A DNA stretch of 64,000 bases, from assembly GCA_040220235.1 (NCBI GenBank), contig JAVJTO010000102.1; one strand, given 5' to 3'. Each line of letters starts with the position of its first letter. Position 1 is the stretch's first letter. The translations under genes and the position numbers were made by a program. A model generated the notes under the pieces. The model had not been told where the DNA came from. It saw only the letters and a program-made list of their open reading frames with translations, and ran no database searches. Shown here one piece after another: positions 49,900-59,383 of this stretch. The stretch is from Coleofasciculus sp. B1-GNL1-01. Lineage in GTDB: Bacteria; Cyanobacteriota; Cyanobacteriia; Cyanobacteriales; Coleofasciculaceae.

Positions 49900-51084
49900 T
49901 TATTGTTGGGATAAGCGTTTAACGGTTGCACCCCCTAAGCGCTGATCCGCATCTTCCAGTAAAATAGGAATTGTATCAGCATGGGGACTCCGGTGTAAAC
50001 ATGCCTGAAGATTGATTTTTCTGATTTGATTAGCTTTAGCACCTGGAAACCAGTGTCCCGCATTGGTTAAGAGGTTGTAACGCATTTTAGCATATTCAAC
50101 CATATCATAGGCGATCGCTAAATTTCTCAGCCATAAAATTACCGGGATATTCACACCCCCAGGGGTTTCCTCATGGCTGGGTAAACCGATGTGCCAGGTT
50201 TTGAACCAGTCTTCTCCCAGGCGTGCGATCGCGGCGGCTTCTAATCGTGCCACAATCGGGGGTAATATTTCATCAACCTGATCCAATAATTCAACGGCTT
50301 TCAAATGTTCATCAAAATCGCTAGGGCGAGATGCACCTAAACTCAAGGTATGCACCTGGGGATGAGACAGGCAAAACAAGTTATTAAATACCATTGGACT
50401 CAAGGGTTTACAAAGTTCAACTAATCGCTGTGGCGGTTTATACAGCATTCCCCCTTTATCCGACGGACTAATAATAAAAACACCCATATCGTGACGAATT
50501 GCGGCTTCAATTGCCGCCCAATTAAATTGATTAATATAGTACCAGTGCAAATTTACATAATCAAACTGATCCATCTCAATAGTTTTGATAATTAAATCCG
50601 TAGCACCGTGGGTAGAAAAGCCAATAAACCGCACTTTGCCTTGGGCTTGCAACTGACGCGCCACATCCATACAGCCTCCCGGACGAATGCTATCATGAAG
50701 CAATTGCGGCGTGTTTATCCCATGAACTCCCAGCAAATCAACATAGTCAAGGTTGAGGAATTTCAACGATTGCTCAAACTGGCGTCGAAATTCTTTGGGA
50801 TCTGATTTAGGACTGACTTTTGTCTGGACAATTAATTGATCACGGGGGAATTTGGGCAAAATTTTACCTAACTGCATTTCTGACGTGCCGTAACCCCGTG
50901 CTGTTTCAATATGATTAATACCGACTTCAATCGAGCGACGAATTGTTGCTTCTAAGTTGCTTTGATTATCTTTAGGAATTAACCAGGCGGGCATATCTTT
51001 CCACTTGAATTGGTATCGCATTCCGCCACAGGAGAATACTGGCATTTGTAGTTCAGTGCGTCCAAATCGTCTGTACTGCATCAT
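49900..51084 (-). CDS. Aldo/keto reductase
   Basis: YRRFGRTEL, HIETARGYG.SE, QTK, IGFSTHG. Confidence 0.92.
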   Translation of the reverse strand: MMQYRRFGRTELQMPVFSCGGMRYQFKWKDMPAWLIPKDNQSNLEATIRRSIEVGINHIETARGYGTSEMQLGKILPKFPRDQLIVQTKVSPKSDPKEFRRQFEQSLKFLNLDYVDLLGVHGINTPQLLHDSIRPGGCMDVARQLQAQGKVRFIGFSTHGATDLIIKTIEMDQFDYVNLHWYYINQFNWAAIEAAIRHDMGVFIISPSDKGGMLYKPPQRLVELCKPLSPMVFNNLFCLSHPQVHTLSLGASRPSDFDEHLKAVELLDQVDEILPPIVARLEAAAIARLGEDWFKTWHIGLPSHEETPGGVNIPVILWLRNLAIAYDMVEYAKMRYNLLTNAGHWFPGAKANQIRKINLQACLHRSPHADTIPILLEDADQRLGGATVKRLSQQ

Positions 51085-51310
51085 AAGTATGATTAGAAGT
51101 CAAGTGCTTGAATGGTGAATTTTAGACCTATTCTCACTTTAGCCAAAATCAAAATATCTAGCAGTTCGTAGTCGGCACTTTAGCGCCTCTGACTGGAGGA
51201 CTAAAGTCCTCACTACAACCTAGGATGGGGGCGCACTGGCGCTTTACTCATCAGACGCGCTTCACGACTATCAACTGAAAACGGAACATATTATCACCTC
51301 TTTCCCACGC

Positions 51311-53101
51311 TTACGCCAAGCGATCGCGAAAATATTGTTGATACAATTGACACCTAGGTGTGCAATCATTACCAAAGAGTTTTACCAGTCCCATACTGTT
51401 TAATTTAAACGCCTGTTGCGAGGGTAAACGGACTGGCGTCGATGCCATTACTATGGCTTTCATGGCGTCCAATAATTCCGGATAGGTTTGCAAATTCCAC
51501 AAATGGCGGCGCAAATGATCACTATAAATTCCTGCTTCCGTGGGCGCGGTTTGCTGGATGTCCTCTAATGCCATATCCTGACGGGCAATATGATAAAGTG
51601 CCAGTCTCACCAAATAAGGATGTCCACCGACTAAGGTAACGAGAGAATCTACCGTTTCAATCGACCATTCTAATCCATGGCGTCTGGCTAATTCCATCAC
51701 CTGTTCCTGATTAAACTCTGGCAATTCAATCGGTAATCCTACATTAAAGGGCGATTTATTCATATCCAAGGGAACATAGACTTCCGTGGAATGCACTACT
51801 ACTAACCGGAATTTTTGCCAAATCTCGCGCCGTTTCGCTTCCTCATGCAATGCCCGTAATAACCCGAAAAAGTCATCGGCAATTTCCGGAGAGGCAAAGA
51901 GGCGATCCACTTCATCTAAGCCTAATGTCAATGAAGTAGAAATATGGGGCAGTAAATACTGTTCAAAATAGGCTTTACAGCTTTGATTGCTGCCAATCAT
52001 ATCCGCTAACTGGGCATACTTTGCCAGTTGTTCGGGATCGAGTCGCCCCAAAGCTAAACTGATACTGGCACAAAACCATTCTAAGAATGTATTAGAATTT
52101 GCCAATATCCGCTGATTTGCCAGTTGTAAACTTAATGCCACAGTTTGAGATCCCTGCTGTTCAGCATGACGCAGAATTCGCGCCATTAACGAGGTTTTTC
52201 CCATTTGTCGCGGCGCTTTGATTCGGATTAAGGAACCCGGTCGAGTTATGGTTTCATAACAAACCGATTCAATGGGCGGGCGATTGATGTAAAAGGTAGA
52301 GTCAAGATCGACTTGTCCTTCTGGTAATTCCGGTGCAGCGACGGGGAGAGGCGCATAAAGTGATGTATTTTTCTGGGTTTGGGGAGTCAGTTTACTCCAA
52401 GAAATCGCCAATTGATGATCCGTTGGCAAAGCGGTGCGCCCTTGGCTGAGAACCTGGAGAACTTCTGAGGCGAGAATCGTCGGATCATCATGACAACGCC
52501 AGTGCCAGGGTTGAGTGCCTTGGAGATAGCCGAGTAAATCGAAAGGTAAGGGGGTACTCGCGCCGTTTCCATTCTGACAAACGTCCACTAAAATCGGCAA
52601 AATGGCGGGTTTTTGGGGTGTGATGTGGTGTAATGCCTTAGCCAGCCGAACTTGTTCGAGTACCATTTCGCTAACGGCGGTGGTTTTGGATAATAGCAGC
52701 AGTAAGTAATCGGATAGCTTTAAATAGTTATCCAGGGCGGTGTTCTGCTGCGCCAAAAACACGTCATGACCCGCTTGACAAATTGCCTGTTGTATTGTCT
52801 GCGTCAGATTAAAATGGGGCGGGTATCCACTCATCAGCACTTTGGCTCTCATCTCCTGTATTTCATCGGCGTGAGAAGGCGTCTCTAAATCAGCAATATC
52901 CCGCCATTCCTGCCCTAATGCGGCGCACAGTTCCACAAAATTGATATAATCCACGGGTTTGCCGTTGAGGAAGTTGCTCACGGTGGATTGGGAGAGACTC
53001 AAGGCTTCCGCCAAAAGCTTCTGACTGGGAAAGCCATTCCGCAACAGGGACGATTTAACGCGGGAAACGGAGTGAGAGTGAACTTGGAGCGATCGCGGCA
53101 T
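51311..53101 (-). CDS. HTH-TIR-like-AAA_35 domain protein
   Basis: N-terminal XRE-like HTH (SQKLLAEALSLSQSTVSNF), TIR-like middle region, APRQMGKTS Walker A, LDEVD Walker B, SPFNVG, GGHPYL. Confidence 0.85.
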   Translation of the reverse strand: MPRSLQVHSHSVSRVKSSLLRNGFPSQKLLAEALSLSQSTVSNFLNGKPVDYINFVELCAALGQEWRDIADLETPSHADEIQEMRAKVLMSGYPPHFNLTQTIQQAICQAGHDVFLAQQNTALDNYLKLSDYLLLLLSKTTAVSEMVLEQVRLAKALHHITPQKPAILPILVDVCQNGNGASTPLPFDLLGYLQGTQPWHWRCHDDPTILASEVLQVLSQGRTALPTDHQLAISWSKLTPQTQKNTSLYAPLPVAAPELPEGQVDLDSTFYINRPPIESVCYETITRPGSLIRIKAPRQMGKTSLMARILRHAEQQGSQTVALSLQLANQRILANSNTFLEWFCASISLALGRLDPEQLAKYAQLADMIGSNQSCKAYFEQYLLPHISTSLTLGLDEVDRLFASPEIADDFFGLLRALHEEAKRREIWQKFRLVVVHSTEVYVPLDMNKSPFNVGLPIELPEFNQEQVMELARRHGLEWSIETVDSLVTLVGGHPYLVRLALYHIARQDMALEDIQQTAPTEAGIYSDHLRRHLWNLQTYPELLDAMKAIVMASTPVRLPSQQAFKLNSMGLVKLFGNDCTPRCQLYQQYFRDRLA

Positions 53102-53273
53102 TGTTTAAACCAGCTTGTGATCCTGCATTGATCATAAATGCCAATCCCCGTAAAAGTCGATAGGAGATACGGTTTGGGGATTTTGGGGAGGGATGCGATC
53201 GCAAAGCTAATAGAACATGGCTTTAACTGCCCCAGCCCTAACTGACAGCCAAACTAGGAAAACGAAAAAACAA

Positions 53274-53304
53274 TACTCTAAGGAAAAGTACTTTTCCCTA
53301 GAGT
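53274..53304 (-). terminator. Hairpin downstream of the LEVG PEP-CTERM gene
   Basis: TACTCTAAGGAAAAG-TA-CTTTTCCCTAGAGTA near-perfect inverted repeat. Confidence 0.55.
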
Positions 53305-53342
53305 AGATTGTTACTAAGAACTCTCGTCCTAGTGTTCAGAGA

Positions 53343-54173
53343 CTACGACAAATTCTTGTTGCGCTTGCGTAAACCTAAAGCACCCATCAACCCTAACGCA
53401 CCTAAGCCAAGAGTGGTTGTCGGTTCAGGTATGTCTATACCTTCTTTCTCTAGGTCAAAGTCAACTCCATCACCTGTTTCACCGTCTACTGGACTGTCTT
53501 GACCCAATTTTAGTGTGATAAAGCTTACGTCTTTCCAGATTTGGTAAGAGATATTACCATTTGCACCTGGAACAATAGGATTAGAGCCTGTATCTAATAC
53601 CCCGTCAGTGTCCAGAACACCGCCAAAATCAGGAACTCCTGTTGTACCACTCGACTCTGTATCGAAATAGGCAATTTTCAGTTCAGGAATCACCTTCGTA
53701 AAATGGAACTCGTAAGTTCCGACTTCTAACCGTCCTTGTTCTTCACCTTGTCCTGTGACTTCACGTTCTGATGGACGGAACCAAAAGCCTTCTGGAACTG
53801 TCCCAGCATCTCCAGCTTTCAAGTGTACAAATGGGAGACTATCGGGTTCACCGTACCAATTTTCAGTGGCAAGATTGTCTACAAACAAGCGGCTAAGAGT
53901 CCCACTTGTCTCATCTTCTAGGCTGACTATGTGATCTATCCAGTAATCGTTAAGATTAGTTAAACATTGAGTTGGGTCTATGCAACCTAGTGGCTGCTCA
54001 TTCTCGCCATAAAGCAAAATTTCAGTTTCTCCTACATCTTTTCCTATCGACTGAGCCAAGGAAATAGCTGAAGCAGATGGAGCCATAAACCCTGTAGCTA
54101 CTGTAGCCGCAGCGACGAGTGAGGCAATTGCACCAGTATGGCGGAAAAAAGTGGAAATTTTTTGAGTATTCAT
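53343..54173 (-). CDS. LEVG-family PEP-CTERM protein
   Basis: Signal peptide, GRLEVGTY, GDGVDF, IPEPTTTLGLGALGLMGALGLRKRNK. Confidence 0.88.
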   Translation of the reverse strand: MNTQKISTFFRHTGAIASLVAAATVATGFMAPSASAISLAQSIGKDVGETEILLYGENEQPLGCIDPTQCLTNLNDYWIDHIVSLEDETSGTLSRLFVDNLATENWYGEPDSLPFVHLKAGDAGTVPEGFWFRPSEREVTGQGEEQGRLEVGTYEFHFTKVIPELKIAYFDTESSGTTGVPDFGGVLDTDGVLDTGSNPIVPGANGNISYQIWKDVSFITLKLGQDSPVDGETGDGVDFDLEKEGIDIPEPTTTLGLGALGLMGALGLRKRNKNLS

Positions 54174-54588
54174 GGAGATGCTCTCCTTTTGTTGTTGCAC
54201 TAGATTGAGTTAAATGTTACAGGACTAAAACTCAAGAGATAGTGTTGGTGAATAGGGGGACAGTCCTCAATTAGCGGAAGGCGGAGAAAAATATGTCGTT
54301 GTTTATACTAAACTTGACTATATTTTTTAAGGTGAGTGAGCTGACCTCTATGTGACCAACAGCACATTCTGAGTCTAAACAGGTCGGTTTTTATCTGGCT
54401 ATAATTTAATTCTAAGGGCAAACCTGTTCAGGGATAGTATCCAATCAATATCTTCATTAAATCTTTAAATAGTCCTCCTTTTATTGGGCGTTATTGTAAA
54501 TCTTGTATAAAGTTTAGGGTTAATTCCTGAACCATCCCCATGAAAACAATAAAAATTTACATTTTTAGGGACAATGCTCACATTTGTA

Positions 54589-56103
54589 TTAATTTTTGTA
54601 ATGTATTGTCTGATACTCTTCCAACGCTGCCAGCAGTACATTGACTAAAGGATGATCAATCAATTCTTTTAATACCTCAGTCTGCACGCCTTTTAAGCCT
54701 TCAACGACTGAAGCTTTCAGCATCGGATTCTGCTCAATCCTCTCTAGCACCTCGATAACCACCCGTTGTTTTTCCAGAGGCGTATTCGTGGGATAGGTTT
54801 GATCGAGCTGCTGGAGTAACTTTTGAATTTTGGTCGCAGTATCAGTCAGTCGTTGCTTTTGTTCTAGGGTATAAGCGGGTGCGATCGCCGAGTTCCCAGA
54901 CAGGCAACTTTCCACGGACTCACCCTGATTAGACGGGTAAGGCGTGAGGGGTTCAACTAACCGTCTTGCCTCTACATTAATCGTTTCACCAGGATGCACG
55001 GTTTTCTCCGCCAACCGTTGCAGAACCTCGGTTAAGTTGGCACTCTGCTGACGATAGGTAGCCACTTGCTCATATTTCACCTGTAACTGATAACGATAGT
55101 CTTTATCAATCATCTCAAGTTGGGCATCGTACTCACGATTAAGGAAATGCTCAATCTCCAACCGATTGGCATCGATAGGAATGGCAATCCGGATGGTTAA
55201 TACCCCATCAGGGTGATTTTCTAAGGATTGAATCGTGAGGATGTTACTCCCATCCTGGGCTTGACAGGCGTGAAAGGCGGCAAAGAATGCTTGCCAATCA
55301 ATACCATTGCGGAAAATTAAATTAACCGTCTCTAAGGGAACTTGAAAAACCCTCGTGAATTCTCCCGGGGCAAATGTTCCCTGATGGGGACGGCGTTCGT
55401 GTTGATCGGTTTGTAAGTAAACATACTCACAAATCACCTCGGCTAAATTTGTCCCGCTATTGATGTGCCAGTCTTCCAGACAGGCGGCGGTGAATATGGC
55501 TTGGTAAAAATTGGTGTTGAAGGCTTTGCAACGTTGTAAGTTGACGTTCCGCAGATTGGCTTGACTACAATTAGCACCCTTGAGGTTCGTCCCCCTGAGG
55601 TTTGCACCGACAAGGTGGGCACCACTGAGATTCGCCCCACTGAGATTCGCCCCACTGAGATTGGTTCCACTCAGTTTAGCGCCAATCAGTTTTGCTCCCA
55701 CTAAATCAGCACCACTGAGGTTGGCTTTAGTCAAATCAGCACCACTAAGATAGATGTTATTCAGGTTCGCACCAATGAGATTGGCACTAATTAAGTCAGC
55801 ATTTCTCAGATCGGCTGCCATGAGGTTTGCACCGATCAAATCCGCCTCACTTAAATATGCCTCACTCAAATATGCTTCACTCAGGTTTGCGCCAATCAGA
55901 TCCGCTTTACTCAAATCTGCCTGACTTAGATTTGCCCGACTCAAATCAACGCCACTGAGTTTCGCCCCTTGGATAGCAACGCCTTTGCCTGTAGCAAAGC
56001 TGAGATTGGGTCGGATATCTGGGTGGTGCGCTTTCCACGCATTCCATACCTCCACCCCTTGCCTGAGCAAGGCAAGATAGTCTTCATTCGTCTGTGGAGA
56101 CAT
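54589..56103 (-). CDS. Pentapeptide-repeat protein
   Basis: GVEVWNAW, a long A(D/N)LxG array, RRPHQG.FAPGEF and a coiled C-terminal region. Confidence 0.9.
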   Translation of the reverse strand: MSPQTNEDYLALLRQGVEVWNAWKAHHPDIRPNLSFATGKGVAIQGAKLSGVDLSRANLSQADLSKADLIGANLSEAYLSEAYLSEADLIGANLMAADLRNADLISANLIGANLNNIYLSGADLTKANLSGADLVGAKLIGAKLSGTNLSGANLSGANLSGAHLVGANLRGTNLKGANCSQANLRNVNLQRCKAFNTNFYQAIFTAACLEDWHINSGTNLAEVICEYVYLQTDQHERRPHQGTFAPGEFTRVFQVPLETVNLIFRNGIDWQAFFAAFHACQAQDGSNILTIQSLENHPDGVLTIRIAIPIDANRLEIEHFLNREYDAQLEMIDKDYRYQLQVKYEQVATYRQQSANLTEVLQRLAEKTVHPGETINVEARRLVEPLTPYPSNQGESVESCLSGNSAIAPAYTLEQKQRLTDTATKIQKLLQQLDQTYPTNTPLEKQRVVIEVLERIEQNPMLKASVVEGLKGVQTEVLKELIDHPLVNVLLAALEEYQTIHYKN

Positions 56104-56308
56104 AAAATCGTTAGACAAGCTCCGCTTTACGCATCCGTTATAGATGGAAGAAACACAATTAACGCCAAATGCTTCCATAATAAGGGTTTGGTGAATGGGT
56201 TGCCTAGAACTATGAACCAGGAAGTCTCATCAGTAATGAAATGATGGGAATCCCCAACCTCAATCGACCATTGGAAGATAGGTTGGGGAGGATATCAAGC
56301 CAAAAAAC

Positions 56309-56336
56309 AAACGGCGAGGACTTATCCCCACCGTTT
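56309..56336 (-). terminator. Hairpin after the general stress gene
   Basis: AAACGGCGAGGA-CTTA-TCCCCACCGTTT, followed on the minus strand by a T-run. Confidence 0.5.
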
Positions 56337-56374
56337 CTTAAATCTTATCGGATGAACATTGTCCATCCTTATAC

Positions 56375-56953
56375 CTATACCCTGCTACCCATTTGAGGAT
56401 TGGTATTGGCGCCAGGTGCATTATAGATAGCCCAGTCCTGAATTCCTCGATTTTGGAAAATGGGTTGCATATTCAGGATCTCGGTTTCTGTACCCTCTAC
56501 AATCACCACATAATCGCCGACGGAAACTCGTTCGTCATAATATTTAGCAGCATCTTCGGGGATTCCCCAACCAATCAAGGCACCGACTAAACCGCCGCCA
56601 GCACCACCGATAACGCCTCCTAAGAGAGTATTCGCTAAAACGACTCCTAGTTCTGTAGCTGCACCGACTCCAGGAATTGCCAATACGCCTAGACCACCAA
56701 TTAAGCCCAGGAAACCGCCTACCGTACCGCCAGCAGCCGCACCAGCTTTGGCACCTTCTCCCGCTTGGTTACCACCGCTTTTATGGAGATCAGTACCACC
56801 AATTTTCTCATTGAGACTGGCGTCTTTAGCAATCACGGAAACTCGATCCAGATCAAATCCTCTATCTCTGAGTTCCATGAGCGCATTTTCTGCCTGTTGA
56901 CGACTAGGAAAGACGCCAATTGCATGTCTTAATTGTGATTGTGCTACAGCCAT
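56375..56953 (-). CDS. General stress protein (YflT/glycine-zipper type)
   Basis: AIGVF..RQ.AE.A..EL...GF, glycine zipper, GIPEDAAKYY..RV..G.Y.V. Confidence 0.85.
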   Translation of the reverse strand: MAVAQSQLRHAIGVFPSRQQAENALMELRDRGFDLDRVSVIAKDASLNEKIGGTDLHKSGGNQAGEGAKAGAAAGGTVGGFLGLIGGLGVLAIPGVGAATELGVVLANTLLGGVIGGAGGGLVGALIGWGIPEDAAKYYDERVSVGDYVVIVEGTETEILNMQPIFQNRGIQDWAIYNAPGANTNPQMGSRV

Positions 56954-57112
56954 ATTTTTTCTCCCTATACTTCAAAACCGATTAACCTGTCAGAATGCAG
57001 GACTTCGGATTATTGTTGCGTTGTTATTCTCCTTTCTATTTTGGGAAAAGAACACAAGAGATTCATCAGTCTGTAGAGAGAAGCTGTTGATAGGCAATAG
57101 GGAATAGAGAGA

Positions 57113-57166
57113 TGGGGAAGCTGGGGAAGCTGGGGGAGCTGAGGGAGATGGGGGAGCTGGGGAAGA
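57113..57166 (+). repeat. Nonamer tandem repeat (GGGGAAGCT/GGGGGAGCT)
   Basis: About six imperfect 9-bp units; related CCCCATCTC arrays at about 40875-40925 and 8860-8970. Confidence 0.7.
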
Positions 57167-57316
57167 GGATGAACAATGAACTATCAACAATCAACAAATG
57201 ATATCAAGTCCGATAAATTACCCACAATAGCAATGCTGTAACAGCAAAGGTTTCAGGTTTTTTTAGTAGGGGTGATTTGCCGGACATCATCTGACCAATG
57301 ACCAATGACAAATCTC

Positions 57317-58075
57317 CTAAAACAATCCGTCTAGCTCAATTTCCTCAATCATCTGTAAGGCACGGGGATCGCCCACTCTCAACAGGGCAGCTTTTGCATC
57401 TTCCTGCACGCCCATATCTTCATCTTCGGCAAAGGCTTCAATTAAACCGTCAACCGCACCTGCATAGATAGCATTCGAGGGGAGTTCTCGACAAAGCTGT
57501 CCTAATGACCAGGCACAGTTACTGCGTACTGCTGCCATGGGATCTTGCTTTAAGGCAGTAATTAACGGGGGAATACAGGCAACGATATCGTCATAGTCTA
57601 ACTTCGCCATCTGTGCCAGGGAACTTGCTGCCCACAAACGCACAGCAGAGATATCTGTACATAAGGCATCAATCAAGCTGGGCAATGCTTTGCGATCGCG
57701 GCAATTACCTAATGCCCAAACGACTCCTTTACGCACATACCCATTCCAATCCCGGTTCAGTTGCTCTATCAAAGGATCGACGGCTGTTGGATCAGGATTA
57801 CGTCCTAATGCATACGCTGCACTAACCCGTACCAAGGGACAGACATCGTTTAACAAATTAATCAGATGGGGAATTGCCCGTTCATCTTGAAGTTCACAAA
57901 AAGCCCGCGCCGCCAGCATCCGTTGGGGTGTTTCTGGGGCGGTTAGCAGAGCCAGCATCGCTTCTGGATCGGGTTGAGTCTCTTCTGAGTGGTCATCAAT
58001 TGGCTCGATTTCATCCAGAGGGCTATCTAGCTCACCTGCCGCCTCGATTAATCTTAGCTCGTTATTATCATACAT
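57317..58075 (-). CDS. HEAT-repeat (PBS lyase-like) protein
   Basis: Repeated LVRVSAAYALG, VRKGVVWALG, VRLWAASSL and VRSNCAWSLG. Confidence 0.9.
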   Translation of the reverse strand: MYDNNELRLIEAAGELDSPLDEIEPIDDHSEETQPDPEAMLALLTAPETPQRMLAARAFCELQDERAIPHLINLLNDVCPLVRVSAAYALGRNPDPTAVDPLIEQLNRDWNGYVRKGVVWALGNCRDRKALPSLIDALCTDISAVRLWAASSLAQMAKLDYDDIVACIPPLITALKQDPMAAVRSNCAWSLGQLCRELPSNAIYAGAVDGLIEAFAEDEDMGVQEDAKAALLRVGDPRALQMIEEIELDGLF

Positions 58076-58219
58076 ACTTAAAAAAATATCTTATTCAGCG
58101 GTTATTTGTCCTATGTCCTTTGTTATTTGTTATTTTTCCTTTGTCAACTTATCCATTTGAACATTCTCGCACTCAAAAGTATGCCCTGGGAAAAAGTGAA
58201 GCGTCAACACTCAGAACTC

Positions 58220-58711
58220 TTATCCAGACAGCGGTTTCACCATCCAAAGGGACTGGGTTTGGAACCCTAACTTATCGTAAAGGCGCACAGCCGATGGATT
58301 TGACTCAAACACTTGCAACCCAATTTGGCGATCGCCCCGAACTCTAGCCCAGTTTTCAGCATGGCACATCAGCGCTGAACCAATACCCCGACGCCGATGC
58401 TCTGGCATCACGTAGAGTAAAAAAACATGGGCATGGCGATCCCCACTTACCTGATCAATGGCATTTCCCAGCCATAAACCAGCGACAGGTTGATTTGATG
58501 GTGCGGCGTCACCCTCAGGATTGGCTAAGTCTACCCACCATAACGGTGTGTCTTGACAAAAATACCGTCGTACTGTCTCGTCTAAATGAGAAAAATCTTG
58601 CTGTTGCGGGAAAAGCTCTTGGTAACTCAGTTGGAGAAACTTCAACAAGGTTGCCTTCTCCAGTCGAGAGCCAACTCGTAGCTGATAGCCCGGTATTAAC
58701 AATGTATGCAT
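58220..58711 (-). CDS. GNAT N-acetyltransferase
   Basis: LYVMPEHRRRGIGSALM, N..A..LY.KLGF. Confidence 0.92.
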   Translation of the reverse strand: MHTLLIPGYQLRVGSRLEKATLLKFLQLSYQELFPQQQDFSHLDETVRRYFCQDTPLWWVDLANPEGDAAPSNQPVAGLWLGNAIDQVSGDRHAHVFLLYVMPEHRRRGIGSALMCHAENWARVRGDRQIGLQVFESNPSAVRLYDKLGFQTQSLWMVKPLSG

Positions 58712-58899
58712 TTAACAAAGTAGGTTGAGGCAGCAAGGAAGTTGGGGTGCGGGAAGCTGGGGAAGCTAGGGAAGCCAAACGATGCCCTCGAAGGTCATGA
58801 AGGGTCAACACTCGAAACGTAGTCAGGGCGGGTTTTGAACAAAAGTTATCATGAACAGCAAGACGAAAGCCCCTAAACCCGCCCCTACACACTCAACAC

Positions 58900-59064
58900 T
58901 CAAAGCGTCTCCAATCCCCTCATACTCACCGAATTCGTATCTTCAATAGGTGCAGGCGCTGCCATATCATTGGGTAAAAAGATGCGAGCGCTGACGGCAA
59001 GTAACGCGACGACAAAGACTAAGACGATTAGGAACGGAGCAATATATTGGCGAAAAATAGACAT
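58900..59064 (-). CDS. Small single-TM protein (54 aa), missed by the ORF track
   Basis: MSIFRQYIAPFLIVLVFVVALLAVSARIFLPNDMAAPAPIEDTNSVSMRGLETL*; resembles a small protein I recall from other cyanobacteria. Confidence 0.75.
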   Translation of the reverse strand: MSIFRQYIAPFLIVLVFVVALLAVSARIFLPNDMAAPAPIEDTNSVSMRGLETL

Positions 59065-59240
59065 GGGTATCCAAGGGGAGCAAAAGTAACGATAGTCTTA
59101 TCTATCTTAGAATTACGTGACATCCTCTGACTTATCTGAGTCCATGTATCCCAACGCCAACATCGAGCGAAGTCGAGATGAGCGAAGCCAAGATGTATAG
59201 CGTGGGACTTATAGCTCCTCAACTTCTCATTAGTTAAGTT

Positions 59241-59368
59241 TAAGCTGTTCGGCATTTAAACCTTAATGTCAACAATGACGAAATCCTTGTAGTGCGTTTA
59301 GCGAAGCCATGCCGCAGGCTTTGCATCTTGCTCGCTACTAATACCCAATTTAAATGCATTACAGCTTA
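59241..59368. mobile_element. 128-bp MITE, family A, copy 2
   Basis: Same length and terminal inverted repeats as 48654-48781, with only a few substitutions. Confidence 0.85.
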
Positions 59369-59383
59369 GAAGTTGTCTCTACT

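Noticed and set aside
55560..55965. 15-bp periodic DNA repeats
   Set aside because: Fully explained by the pentapeptide-repeat coding sequence.
56990..57190. Ala/Ser/Pro-rich ORF
   Set aside because: It is a translation of the nonamer tandem repeat.
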